Positions 1 to 10,269 of a stretch of DNA of 64,000 nucleotides are shown piece by piece. Position 1 is the first letter of the stretch. The number at the start of each line of letters is the position of its first letter. Source of the stretch: an uncultured Thermoleophilia bacterium (GTDB lineage Bacteria > Actinomycetota > Thermoleophilia > UBA2241); contig CAVUGS010000009.1 of the NCBI GenBank assembly GCA_963741075.1, positions 142,308 through 206,307 on the forward strand, written 5' to 3'. The notes below the pieces were generated by a model, which was given only the letters and a program-made list of their open reading frames with translations, did not search any database and had not been told where the DNA came from. The translations under genes and the position numbers were made by a program.

Positions 1-1410
1 GAGCGCCACGTTGGTGACCTCGGCGGCGCGGCCGCGCACGAAGTGCACGCCCTCGTCCATGAGGCGCCGGTAGAACTCCTCGTAGCCCTTGCCGTAGCAG
101 CGCATGTCGATGTAGAAGCTTGTACACCTCGGCCTCGGGCAGGTGCTCCTTGATGAGGTGGCTGAACTTGAGCGAGTACATGCAGCAGACGCGCGAGCAG
201 TACTCCTGGTGGTTCATCGTCGCGGCTGCCGACGCAGTGCAGGATCGCGACCGACTTGGGCGCCTCGCCGTTCTCGCAGGACGATGTGCGCCGCCGGTCG
301 GGCCCGAGGCGTTGAAGATGCGCTCGAACTCGAGGCCGTGATGACGTTGTCGAGCCGCCCGTAGCCGTAGCGCGGGTCCTGGTCCGGCGTCCCAGAGCTC
401 GAAGCCGGTGGCCATGATGATCGCGCCGACCTCGAGCTCCAGGACCTCGTCCTGCTGCTCGAAGTCGATGGCCTTCGGGCCGCACGCCGTGATGCAGGGC
501 TGCTTGCACTTCTTGCCCTTGAGCGTGAGGCAGTTCTCCGGGTCGATGGTCGCGCGCAGCGGGACGGCCTGCGGGAACGGGATGTAGATGGCGTTGCGCT
601 TGCCGAGCCCCTGGTCGAACTCGCTCGGCACCTTGCGCACCACGCAGGCGTCCATGCAGGCCACGCAGCCGGTGCAGGTGTCGGTGTCGACGTAGCGCGC
701 CTTCTTGCGGACCTTGACCTTGAAGTTGCCGACGTAGCCGTCGACCTCGCTCGACCTCGCAGTAGGCCAGCATCGTGATGTTCGGGTGCTTGCCCGACCG
801 CCGACATCTTCGGCGTCAGGATGCAGGCCGCGCAGTCGAGCGTGGGGAACGTCTTGTCGAACATCGCCATGTGGCCGCCGATGGTCGGCTTGCGTCTCGA
901 CGAGGTAGACCTTCTTGCCGCGTGGCGCCAGCGTGAGCGCCGCCTGGATGCCGGCGATGCCGCCGCCGACGACCAGCACGGCCGGGTTGACCGGCACCTC
1001 GATGGGGTCGAGCGGCACGTTGAACGGCAGGCGGTGGATCTGCGCGCTCAGGATGCGCTTGGCCTTCTCGGTGGCCTCGTCCTTGTCCTCGGTGACCCAC
1101 GAGCAGTGCTCGCGGATGTTGACCATCTGGAGAGGAACGGGTTCAGCCCGGCGTCGGCCGCGGCCTTGCGGAAGGTGGGCTCGTGCATGCGGCGGCGAGC
1201 AGGCCGCCACGACGACGCGGTTCAGCCGAGCTTCTGGATGTCCTCCTTGATCAGGTCCTGGCCGGGGTCGGAGCACATGTACTTGTACTCGCGCGACACC
1301 ACGACGTTGGGCTGCTCGGCCGCCCAGGCGGTGACCTTCTCCACGTCGACCTTGCCGCCGATGTTGCTGCCGCAGTGGCAGAAGTAGACGGCGATCTTCT
1401 CGTCAGCCAT
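1..1410 (-). CDS. hdrA: Heterodisulfide reductase subunit A-like (FAD/FeS oxidoreductase), 5'-partial at window edge, reading frame broken several times
   Basis: Start ATG at 1410 with GGAGGAGG RBS. N-terminus MADEKIAVYFCHCGSNIGG and downstream LNRVVVAACSP...LQMVNIREHCSWV...VLVVGGGIAGIQAALTLA...TLDCAACILTPKM are HdrA-like. At least 3 indels (extra c near 1190, missing c near 1130) plus a 10-bp tandem duplication tcgacctcgc x2 at 741-760. Confidence 0.7.
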
Positions 1411-1427
1411 GTTCGCCTCCTCCTCGC

Positions 1428-2300
1428 TCACGCCGGGATCGCCGCGACGACGCGGTCGCAGGAGACGATCTGCTTGTCGATGGCCAGCTGCCGGGAGTCG
1501 GCGCCGAACGCCAGCCCCGCCAGCTGCGTGAAGTACATCACCGGGATGTCGAAGCTCGTCCCGAAGGTCTTGTTGACGCGCGGCTGGTAGCCCTCGACGT
1601 TCATCTCGCAGAGCGGGCACGCGCAGACGATGACGTCGGCGCCGGCGTCCTGGGCGCCCTTGAGCAGCTCGTGGCAGAGCCGCAGGGCGCCTTCTTCCTT
1701 GGTCAGCATCATCATGCCGCCGCAGCACTTGACCTTGCCGGGGAAGTCGACGGTCTCGGCGCCCAGTGCCCGGAAGAAGTCGTCCATGGTCACCGGGAAC
1801 TCGGTGTCGTCGAACGCGCCCATGGGGCGCGAGTACTGGCAGCCGTAGTAGCAGGCGACCTTGAGGCCGGTGAGCCGGCGGGTGACCTTCGCCTCGAGCT
1901 CCTCGAGGCCGATGTCGTTGATGAGCACGTCCATGATGTGGCGGACGGGCTTGGTGCCGTCGTAGGAGCGGTCGACCGCGCCGAGGGCGCCGTTGACGGC
2001 CTCGAACACCTCCTTGCTCTCGGCCATGTAGCGGTTGGTCTTGGCGAGCGTGGTGTAGCAGGCGTTGCAGATGACGCACAGGTCCTCGTCGCCCTGGCGC
2101 TGGGCGATGGCGAGGTTGCGCGCCGCGATGGCGAACGAATCGAGCTCGCGGACGCTGAAGTAGCTGGTGGCGCCGCAGCAGTTCCAGTCGGCGAGCTCGA
2201 TGAGCTCGACGCCCAGCTTGTCCATGAGGGCGCGGGTGGAGATGTCGTAGGCCTTGCCGGTGGCTTCGGCCGAACAGCCGGGGTAGTACAGGTATCTCAT
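1428..2300 (-). CDS. hdrB: Heterodisulfide reductase subunit B-like (two CCG domains)
   Basis: MRYLYYPGCSAE..DWNCCGATSYF..KCCGGMMML motifs. Intact 290-aa frame. Start ATGA overlaps the hdrC stop. Confidence 0.8.
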   Translation of the reverse strand: MRYLYYPGCSAEATGKAYDISTRALMDKLGVELIELADWNCCGATSYFSVRELDSFAIAARNLAIAQRQGDEDLCVICNACYTTLAKTNRYMAESKEVFEAVNGALGAVDRSYDGTKPVRHIMDVLINDIGLEELEAKVTRRLTGLKVACYYGCQYSRPMGAFDDTEFPVTMDDFFRALGAETVDFPGKVKCCGGMMMLTKEEGALRLCHELLKGAQDAGADVIVCACPLCEMNVEGYQPRVNKTFGTSFDIPVMYFTQLAGLAFGADSRQLAIDKQIVSCDRVVAAIPA

Positions 2301-2884
2301 CTCGCCTTCGCCTCCTGCTCGTCGAGGTAGGCGCTGATCTTGTCCAGCTCGTCCTTGCCCCTGATGGTCTTGGCGGCCAGGGGCAGGCGGCCCGCCATGA
2401 AGAGCTTCATGCCGGTGCCCATGAACTTGAAGGGCAGGCCCCAATCCTTGGTGAGCATGAACTTGGCCATGAGCTCGACCTCGTGGTTGCGGCCGTGCTT
2501 GTGGACGCTGTCGACGAAGTACTTGGTCATCGCCGGCGACTTGCCGTCCCTGGGCGCGAGGTCGTACTTGATGGCCATGCGCTTGAGCTCGTACATGAGG
2601 TCGGTGATCTTGATGCCGGCCGGGCAGCGGACCGTGCACGAGTAGCACGAGGTGCAGAGCCAGATGGTGTTGCTCTTGACGACCCGGTCGATCATCCCGG
2701 CGCGGAACGCGGCGATGATCTCGCGCGGGCCCCAGTCCATGAGATAGCTGGTGGGGCAAGACCCGGTGCAGGTGCCGCACTGCTGGCAGATCTTGATCTT
2801 CTCGCCCCCCGGCATGCTCAGGACGTCGTGGCAGAATTGATCGTGAAGCGCCTTGGCCTGAGGTGTGGTGGCTAGCTCCGTCAT
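2297..2884 (-). CDS. hdrC: Heterodisulfide reductase subunit C-like 4Fe-4S dicluster protein
   Basis: MTELATT.. start with GGAGAGGAG RBS. CQQCGTCTGSCP and CTSCYSCTVRCP ferredoxin-type motifs. Confidence 0.75.
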   Translation of the reverse strand: MTELATTPQAKALHDQFCHDVLSMPGGEKIKICQQCGTCTGSCPTSYLMDWGPREIIAAFRAGMIDRVVKSNTIWLCTSCYSCTVRCPAGIKITDLMYELKRMAIKYDLAPRDGKSPAMTKYFVDSVHKHGRNHEVELMAKFMLTKDWGLPFKFMGTGMKLFMAGRLPLAAKTIRGKDELDKISAYLDEQEAKAR

Positions 2885-3263
2885 ACTCCTCTCCAGTCCC
2901 TCGACTCCCTGGCTGATCGAGCCCCGATTCCCCCCGGAGACGCGGAGCGTGAAGACGTGAGTGCGCCCGGCTGCGCCCCGAAGGGGCCACACCGGGAAGG
3001 GCGGCGATGCTGGTGACGACGGTGCGGCCCGCCTTGTGAAGCATTTCGCAAGCTCGGCCGCACTTCTCCCCCAAAGGTCGCCGCCGGGGTCCCCCGCACG
3101 ACTGCTTCCACATCTCTCACGCTACCACTTGCCACGCGAGACGACTTCTCTCTATCTGTACAAAAAGTCCCCGGCCGGGGGCCGACTTGTCGCGGCGCCG
3201 AGACCTCCGGTTCATCCAGATGGACAAAACCCGGTCACGAGGCGTGACGCCGTTCCGCCGACC

Positions 3264-3932
3264 TCAATCCAGACCGACCAGACCGTCGCGGATGGCGTAC
3301 TTGACCAGGTCGGTGACCTTGTGGAGGTCCAGCTTGTCCATGATGTTGCTGCGGTGCGTCTCGACCGTCTTGCGGCTGAGGCACAGCAGTTCGGCGATGT
3401 CCTGGTTGGTGTTGCCCTCGGCGATCAGCTTGAGGACCTCGCGCTCGCGCGCGGTGAGCTCCACGGAGTGCCGCCGCGCCGACGGCTCGCGCACGCGCTG
3501 CAGGTAGTCGTCGAGCACCGCCTCAAGCGCCACCGGCTGCAGGACGCGGCCGCCGTGCACGACGGCCCGCACGGCCGAGAGCAGGTCGCTGCGGTCGACG
3601 GTCTTGAGCAGGTACCCGTTGGCCCCCGCCTGGACCAGGCGCAGCACGCAGTCCTCACGGTCGTTGCGCGTGAGGACCAGCACCTTGAGTTCGGGGTACC
3701 GGCGCATGAGCTGGCCGGTGAGCTCGAGGCCGTTCATGCGCGGCATGATGGTCTCGGTGACGACGACGTCGGGATGACACTGACTGACGAGCGGGAGCGC
3801 CTCGAGGCCGTCGCCCGCCTCGGCGACGACCTGGATGTCTGGCTGGGCGTCGAGGAGAGAACGCACGCCTTGACGTTCGATGGCGTGGTCGTCCACGAGC
3901 AGAACGCGGATCTCGGCTTGCGCGCCGTCCAC
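3264..3932 (-). CDS. LuxR/NarL-family two-component response regulator
   Basis: Receiver domain VLLVDDH...D..VVTE(T)IMP, C-terminal LuxR HTH (REREVLKLIAEGNTNQDIAELLCLSRKTVETHRSNIMDKL). Confidence 0.85.
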   Translation of the reverse strand: MDGAQAEIRVLLVDDHAIERQGVRSLLDAQPDIQVVAEAGDGLEALPLVSQCHPDVVVTETIMPRMNGLELTGQLMRRYPELKVLVLTRNDREDCVLRLVQAGANGYLLKTVDRSDLLSAVRAVVHGGRVLQPVALEAVLDDYLQRVREPSARRHSVELTAREREVLKLIAEGNTNQDIAELLCLSRKTVETHRSNIMDKLDLHKVTDLVKYAIRDGLVGLD

Positions 3933-4391
3933 CTGTCACACACCCCTCCACCCGACCGCCGGCGTAGGCTCCACCCACCCCCGGTCTGGTGCTTCCTACG
4001 ATGAGATTCTAGGGTCAGCACCCGAGTCCGACAATGGACGGAGGGTCACCGCGAAGGCCGACCCAGGTGGGCCCGGCAGGACACGATGGCCATGTGCGAG
4101 CGTTCACATGCTCGATACGAGCCGTCGGCGTAAGCTCCCGAGGGGCCGCAGACCGCCCCGGCGTGGCCGAGGTCCGAGAGGGTCACAGCGGATGCGGCCC
4201 TGGGGCGATGACCCGAGGCCGGCGCCGGGCGCGGCCCGTAGGCGCTCGGGCGGCGAATGACCGAGGCGACGGCGGAACGCCGAGGGGCCGGCGGCGCTCC
4301 TGTGCGGGAACGCCGCCGGCCCCTCGGCCACACGCTGCTGCAGCGGCGGGTCGTCGCCCCGGGGCGGCGCCGCTGCCGAGCGAGGCTCTTC

Positions 4392-4796
4392 CTACTTCAC
4401 CGTCACCGTCTTGACCGCCGAGGTGTTCGACGTGCCCGAGTGCGTGACGCGCACGCGGATCTTGTACTTGCCCTTCTTGGCGGGCGCCTTCCACTTGAGC
4501 GAGTAGGCGCCGGCCGACGTGAGATTGGCGGACGCGCCGTTGACCCACTTCCTGGTGGTCGACAGCCGGCTCTGCAGCGTCGCCGTGACCGTGTGCGCCG
4601 GCGCCTGGGCCTCGGCGCCCGTCACCGTGATGCGCCTGCCCGACTTCACGCTCGTCGGCGCGGTGATCGAGAGCGTCGTGCTGTGGCAGAGAGAGCTGGT
4701 CGCGTTCGTCTTCGGCGCGGTGATGCCGGCGAACGCCATCACCGCCACCGCTACTGCCAGGATGCCGATGGTACCGATGGTGAGTGTCTTCCTCAT
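4392..4796 (-). CDS. Small exported hypothetical protein (signal peptide, Thr/Ser-rich)
   Basis: 134-aa ORF; N-terminal hydrophobic signal MRKTLTIGTIGILAVAVAVMAFA; no recognisable domain. Confidence 0.5.
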   Translation of the reverse strand: MRKTLTIGTIGILAVAVAVMAFAGITAPKTNATSSLCHSTTLSITAPTSVKSGRRITVTGAEAQAPAHTVTATLQSRLSTTRKWVNGASANLTSAGAYSLKWKAPAKKGKYKIRVRVTHSGTSNTSAVKTVTVK

Positions 4797-5187
4797 GCTC
4801 CTCCTTCGTCGTCCTGCGGATCGCGCGGCTGTGGTGACGCCGCGGGCGCGACGGAGAATGACCGCCGCTACTCCGTCGCGTGTGGAGTTCGCAGCAGTTT
4901 AGCGGGCGGAAACAGTCAGAACATTGCGTGCGTGTTGCGCTGGTGTGAAGAATCGACGAGCGGAGCCACCCGTGCCCAGTGCCTGCTGGAGTCGAACACA
5001 CGTTCGCTTTCAACCCGCATCTGGGAGCCGGGGGCCTGAGCAATGCCGTTCACGCCGGCAACGGCCTCATGCTGCACGACGGATACGAACCGCGCACCGG
5101 ACCGAACGCCCGAGCATAGCCCGGCGGTCGCTGCCACGCTTTGCGCCCGCGCCCGCCGTGCCCTAGAATGCCTAGGCTTGATTTTGG

Positions 5188-5263
5188 GCCGACGTAGCTC
5201 AGCTGGCAGAGCACATCACTCGTAATGATGGGGTCCGGGGTTCGATTCCCCGCGTCGGCTCCA
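5188..5263 (+). tRNA. tRNA-Thr (anticodon CGT)
   Basis: Cloverleaf GCCGACG/CGTCGGC acceptor, D-arm GCTCAGCTGGCAGAGC, anticodon loop CTCGTAA, T-arm GGTTCGATTCC, 3' CCA encoded. Confidence 0.85.
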
Positions 5264-5457
5264 GCACTTCCTTGTGTGCCGCAGATCGTGCAGGCGGATG
5301 TGTCGCCGGACCGACACGCGCCCCCGCCTCGTCCGCGCCGCGTCAGCGGCCTCACCCAGCCGTAACGCCCCAGCCTTGTCCGACCCGCATCGTAGCCCTA
5401 GACTCGGATGCGGGAGGCGGCCTGCTCTCGGGCCGCTCGGGAACCGAAGGGGGAGTC

Positions 5458-6637
5458 ATGTCGCGCCGTCCACGGAAGAGAATCCTCGTGCTGGCCACGG
5501 TCGTCCTCGCGCTTGCGCTGTGCCTGCTGGCGCTACCCGGCCTGGCGGGCGCGACCACGCCGGATGCCTACCTGATCGACGACGTCCCGTTCTATCAGCA
5601 GATCCAGTCTGTGGGCTGCGGCGCTGCCGCCACCCAGATGGTCCTCGACTACTGGGGACCGTTCGTCAACCAGAAGTCCGTCTACGACGCGGCCCGCACG
5701 TTTCACGGGAGCTCTCTTCCCGACCTCGCCCGCGCCGGGCAGTTCAGCGCCCTGAGCTACTCGGCCGGCGACCGCTACCCCGCGGCCGAAGGCTGGGGGT
5801 ACGCTTCTCGGCCGCTCGGCTACGGCGGCTTCTACTACGCGCAGCCGACCCCGTGGCTCGCGCAGCTCAAGGCCGTCTTGGCCCAGGGATACCCGGTGAT
5901 CTGCCTCACCGACTGGCTGCCGGGCGTCTACGGGCCTCACTATCGCGTCGCGGTCGGCTACGACGACGCGGAGGGCGTGATCATCCTGAACGACCCGTGG
6001 GGCCGCGAACTCAAGGGCGACTTCGACTACCAGGGCTCGGGCAACCAGAACGCGGCCTACGACCGCCAGGGCGAGTTCGTGGGCTGGAAGTGGTCCTACG
6101 CGGACTTCCTCTCCGTGTGGAAGCTGCCGAGCGACGGCTGGGGCGTGCCCGGCGCCAACTACGGGGCCGTGCTGATCGCGCCGTGGCAGGTGCAGGTCGA
6201 CGCGCCGTCCAGCCGTGGCGGCTGGCGGATCGTTCACGGCGCAGGTCACCGTGACCTACCCGTGCGCGGCTCCGTTCGCGACCGGCGGCTTCCCGGCCTT
6301 CCCCGCCGCCGACTCCCAGGTGCAGGTAGATCTGCCCGCGGGCTTCACCGCCGGCCCGGTTTCTCTCGGCACGATGGCGGCCGGCGAGACCAAGACCGTG
6401 GCGGTCCCGATCGTCGCCGGCGCGAGGGCCGGCACCTTCGACATCGGGGCGACCGCAAGCGGCCTCGTCTCCGGGTCGCTTGGCACCTGGCGCAGCTTCC
6501 CTGCCTACGAGTACCAGGACGCCGATCGGCGGCTCCGCCTCAGACACGGTGCGCGTCACGAAGTGACGAAGCCTGCCAGCCCGTGCGAGACGCAGCTGCC
6601 GCGGCCGACGGCCACGGGTAATCCCCTATGCGGGTAG
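5458..6637 (+). CDS. Secreted C39-like papain-fold peptidase, one apparent frameshift near 6205
   Basis: Signal peptide MSRRPRKRILVLATVVLALALCLLALPGLAGA; PF13529-like VPFYQQIQSVGCGAAATQMVLDYWG; C-terminal part continues in ORF 6215-6637. Confidence 0.65.
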
Positions 6638-8314
6638 CACGCTCAGCGCCAAGAACGACGACTTGTCGCCCCCCGTCAGCAGGGTCAACTCGTTGACCAC
6701 GCTGCGCGTCGCCTGCCAGGGGTTCTCCGTAGTCCCTGGATACGGCATGTACAGCGGATAATCGCTTGACGCAATCTGCAGGCGAAGGCTGTGCCGAGGC
6801 AGGAGCCGGTAGGCGATGTGGTTGAGGTCGATCCGCACGAATCGGTCCGGGTCCGGCTCGGCCACGACGACTTGTCCTCGCGTCAGCATGTGCGCGGCGC
6901 CATCCGGCGCAACGTCCACCAGCTTGGCAAACACGTGCAGCGATGGACCGGTCGTGTCGACCCGGAGCCAAGCGGACGCGGGACCAGCCAGATCGAGCGG
7001 TTCGTCGGCGGGCGAGCTCGTGAAGGTCAGGACGTCGGGGCGCTGCTCGACCTCTCGTTCATCGGGGAACTCGAACAGGAATGCGAACGGGTTCTCCACG
7101 GTCGACGGCACGAGGTCCGCAGGGTCGTGGACCCAGCGGGCCACGCTCAGGGCGGCCTCCCGGTGGCCCGTCAAACGCCCGCCTCTGCCTCCAGCCGGAT
7201 CTTCGGCCGCCCGTGCCGCCGCAGCCAGGAAGAGCCGGATCTCGCTCGCCTCGGCGGGCGGCCATACATCGGAGTCGTGCCAGCCCCCGTGGCCGAGATG
7301 CCAGCGCACGCGCGCCAGGCGGTCCGCCTCGCCGGCAAGCACGGCGTCGAAGAAGTCGAGGGCCGGGTCCAGATAGAGCGGGATCATGTCTCGGATCGAC
7401 TGGTCGTTGGTGTCGTGGTCGTCCGCCTCGGTGAAGGGCACGTCGTCCAGACGGTAGTTCTCGTGGTCGTTAGAGTCGGCGATCAGGTAGTTGAGCTCTG
7501 CGCGATCCGGACGTCCGACGAGGGTCGCGTAGTCGCGCATCGAGTCAGGGGCCAGATTGTCGAACCACCCGACGGAGTGGAGCACCGGGACCCTGAGCCG
7601 GTCGAAGGGATGCCCGCCGGAGTACGGATCCGGGCTGGGCCTTCCGCGCATCTCGCGATCGAGGAGCAGATCGAAGCCGCGCGAACGCGCCCCGATGGCC
7701 GCGAAGGCTTCGTCGTAGACGCCGGCCAGCGGTCTCACGCTCCAGTCGACCGGGAAGTCGTAGATCGGATTGTCGACCCAGTAGTGGGCGAGGTAATCGG
7801 CCCCGTACAGCGCCGTCACGCCCTCCCCCGACCAGTTGAAGGTGGCAAGGTCGGCGCTGGTCACTCGCGGGACTATGGCGCGCAGCGAAGGATGTCCGCT
7901 GGCCACGGCCGCCCACTGCGTGAACCCGTAGTACGAGTCGCCGAACGAGACCACCGTGCCGTCAGACCAGGACTGCGCGGCGACCCACTCGAGCGTGTCG
8001 TAGCCGTCCTCCACCTCGTGGATGAAGGGGACGGTCTCCCCTTCCGAGCGGAACTTCCCGCGCACGTCCTGCACCACAAATGCATAGCCGCGCTCGTTGA
8101 CGTACGGGGCAAGCATGGGCATGAAGGTATACCGCCCGGCCTTGTCGTACGGCAGGCGTACGAGCACGGCTGGGCGGCGCCCCCCGCCGGCCGCAGGCCC
8201 TTCGGGAAGGTACACGTCAGTGGCGAGTCGCACGCCGTCGCGCATCGGCACCATGACCTGCTCGGCTCGCGGATCGGGCGGTGCGGCGTCGAGTCTTGTC
8301 ACGGACAACGCCAT
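6626..8314 (-). CDS. CocE/NonD-family hydrolase (S15 X-Pro dipeptidyl-peptidase-like)
   Basis: GDSYYG nucleophile motif, alpha/beta-hydrolase N-terminus and C-terminal beta-sandwich domain; start MALSVTRLD at 8314. Confidence 0.8.
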   Translation of the reverse strand: MALSVTRLDAAPPDPRAEQVMVPMRDGVRLATDVYLPEGPAAGGGRRPAVLVRLPYDKAGRYTFMPMLAPYVNERGYAFVVQDVRGKFRSEGETVPFIHEVEDGYDTLEWVAAQSWSDGTVVSFGDSYYGFTQWAAVASGHPSLRAIVPRVTSADLATFNWSGEGVTALYGADYLAHYWVDNPIYDFPVDWSVRPLAGVYDEAFAAIGARSRGFDLLLDREMRGRPSPDPYSGGHPFDRLRVPVLHSVGWFDNLAPDSMRDYATLVGRPDRAELNYLIADSNDHENYRLDDVPFTEADDHDTNDQSIRDMIPLYLDPALDFFDAVLAGEADRLARVRWHLGHGGWHDSDVWPPAEASEIRLFLAAAARAAEDPAGGRGGRLTGHREAALSVARWVHDPADLVPSTVENPFAFLFEFPDEREVEQRPDVLTFTSSPADEPLDLAGPASAWLRVDTTGPSLHVFAKLVDVAPDGAAHMLTRGQVVVAEPDPDRFVRIDLNHIAYRLLPRHSLRLQIASSDYPLYMPYPGTTENPWQATRSVVNELTLLTGGDKSSFLALSVLPA

Positions 8315-8351
8315 CTCGGACCTCCTCTGGCCGCCTGGCCTGCGCAGCGCA

Positions 8352-9242
8352 TCAGTCTCTCGCCATCTTGTGACGGGTGGGTTTCCACCCACGTCGCGGG
8401 ACCGCGCTGAGCAGCGTCTTCGTATAGGGGTCCTGCGGCTGGTCGAGGACTCTCGCCGTGAGACCGCGCTCGACGATCTGCCCACGGCGCATGACGATGA
8501 TGTCGTCGCTCACCTGCCTCACGACCGCCAGGTCGTGAGAGATGAAGAGGTACGTGACGCCCGTCTCCTCGCGGATGTCCGCGAGGAGGTTCAGTACCTG
8601 CGCCTGGATCGACACGTCGAGCGAGGCGACCGCCTCGTCGAGGATCAGCACCTTGGGCATCGAGGCAAGAGCGCGGGCTATCGCCACGCGCTGCTGCTGG
8701 CCCCCGGAGAGCGCGCGCGGCAGCGCCCGCGCGTGCCGCTCGTCGAGCCCCACCTGGTCGAACAGCTCAGCGACGCGAGCAGAGCGATCGGCCGGCGACA
8801 GGTCAAAGTGCAGTCTCAGCACTTCCTCGACCGCGTCCCCTACCCGCTGGCGGGGGTCGAGCGAGGAGAACGGGTCCTGGAACACGATCTGGATCTCGCG
8901 GCCGTACCGGCGGCGCTCGCGCGAGCGCAAGCGTCCACGGCCGCGCTCGGCGCCCCCGAGACTGATCCGCCCGGCGGTAGGCTGCTCGAGCCCCATCACC
9001 ATGCGCGCCGTAGTGGTCTTGCCGGATCCAGATTCACCGACGATCGCCAGTGAGCGGCCGGGGGCGATGGCGAAGGCGACGTCGTCCACGGCGACCACGT
9101 CGGTGCGGCCGCGCCCGCCGGCCTTGCTCACGTGATAGACCTTCCGCAGTCCCTCGACCTCGAGCGCAAACGTGCCGGCCGCGGCGGAGCCCGCGTCACC
9201 GCCTCGATCAAGCCTCGATGTCACGTCGCTCCCCAGTCTCAT
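8352..9242 (-). CDS. Oligo/dipeptide ABC transporter ATP-binding protein (DppF/OppF-like)
   Basis: Walker A GESGSGKTT, signature LSGGQQQRV, Walker B LILDEAVASLD; the start is uncertain (9242 ATG or 9224 GTG) and overlaps the upstream ATPase gene. Confidence 0.75.
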   Translation of the reverse strand: MRLGSDVTSRLDRGGDAGSAAAGTFALEVEGLRKVYHVSKAGGRGRTDVVAVDDVAFAIAPGRSLAIVGESGSGKTTTARMVMGLEQPTAGRISLGGAERGRGRLRSRERRRYGREIQIVFQDPFSSLDPRQRVGDAVEEVLRLHFDLSPADRSARVAELFDQVGLDERHARALPRALSGGQQQRVAIARALASMPKVLILDEAVASLDVSIQAQVLNLLADIREETGVTYLFISHDLAVVRQVSDDIIVMRRGQIVERGLTARVLDQPQDPYTKTLLSAVPRRGWKPTRHKMARD

Positions 9243-10269
9243 CCAGCGGCTCGAGCGGCCCGCGCTGACTGTCCACCTCGCGCCTGTATCCTTCCGCCAG
9301 CCGCCCGCGCAGCTCCTCAGCCCGCCAGCAGCGAACCTGTCCCCCGTCGACCTCCCGCAGCACTTGCGGCTCGGCCCTGCACCGATCCAGGACGAAGGGG
9401 CAGCGCGAGGCGAACGGACACCCGGCCTCGACCTCGTACGCGGAGAGCGGGCGCCCCGGGATGGCCCACAGCCGCGTCGCGCGCTCGGTGGGACTCGGCC
9501 GCGACGCCAGGAGACCGGCCGTGTAGGGGTGCCGAGCCAGTTCGTGCAGCGTGGCCGCCGGCCTGTCCTCAACGAGGAAACCGGCATACATCACGGCGAT
9601 GCGGTCGCAGACGGCCGCTGCGAGCTCGAGATCGTGGGTGACGAACAGCATCGTCAGATCGCGGCGACGGCGTTCATCGTCGAGGATCGCCATGACCTCG
9701 GACTGCGTGGTCACGTCGAGCGAAGTCGTGGGCTCGTCTGCAAGCAGCAGCCGGGGCTCGACTGCGAGCGCGGCCGCGATCATCACACGCTGGAGAAGCC
9801 CGCCCGAAAGCTCGTGCGGGTACTGCCGAAGGCGGCGGGTCGCGTCCTCGATGCCGACCTCCTGCAGTAGTCCGACCACGCGGTCGGTGGCTTCGTCGCG
9901 TCCGCACGCGCCGTTCGTGACGAGCGCCTCGGTCAGGAAGTCACCGATGCGGCGCACCGGGTTCACGTGACTGCGCGGATCCTGGAAGATCATGGCGACG
10001 TCGGCCGCGCGATAGCGGCGGAGCGCGTCTCGCCCTTTGGCCATCACCGGCGAGCCGTCGAAGAGGAGCTCGCCGCTCACCCTGGCGCCGGGCGGCAGCA
10101 GCCTGACCACCGCCCGTGAGGTCATCGACTTTCCCGCCCCCGACTCGCCGACAAGCCCGACCGCCTCACCCTCCGCAACGCTGAGGGTGACATCCTGGAT
10201 GACCGGCCGCATCACCCGCTGGATGGGGAGTTCGATGCGCAGGCCGCGGATCTCCAGGAGCGCGTTCAT
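9208..10269 (-). CDS. Oligo/dipeptide ABC transporter ATP-binding protein (DppD/OppD-like)
   Basis: MNALLEIRGLRIE start, GESGAGKSMT, LSGGLLQRV, LLLADEPTTSLD, oligopeptide C-terminal extension. Confidence 0.8.
   Translation of the reverse strand: MNALLEIRGLRIELPIQRVMRPVIQDVTLSVAEGEAVGLVGESGAGKSMTSRAVVRLLPPGARVSGELLFDGSPVMAKGRDALRRYRAADVAMIFQDPRSHVNPVRRIGDFLTEALVTNGACGRDEATDRVVGLLQEVGIEDATRRLRQYPHELSGGLLQRVMIAAALAVEPRLLLADEPTTSLDVTTQSEVMAILDDERRRRDLTMLFVTHDLELAAAVCDRIAVMYAGFLVEDRPAATLHELARHPYTAGLLASRPSPTERATRLWAIPGRPLSAYEVEAGCPFASRCPFVLDRCRAEPQVLREVDGGQVRCWRAEELRGRLAEGYRREVDSQRGPLEPLDETGERRDIEA

Noticed and set aside
5188-5263. tRNA-Thr as a possible integration hotspot or island boundary
   Set aside because: No integrase, direct repeat of the tRNA 3' end, or GC-content shift was seen on either side.
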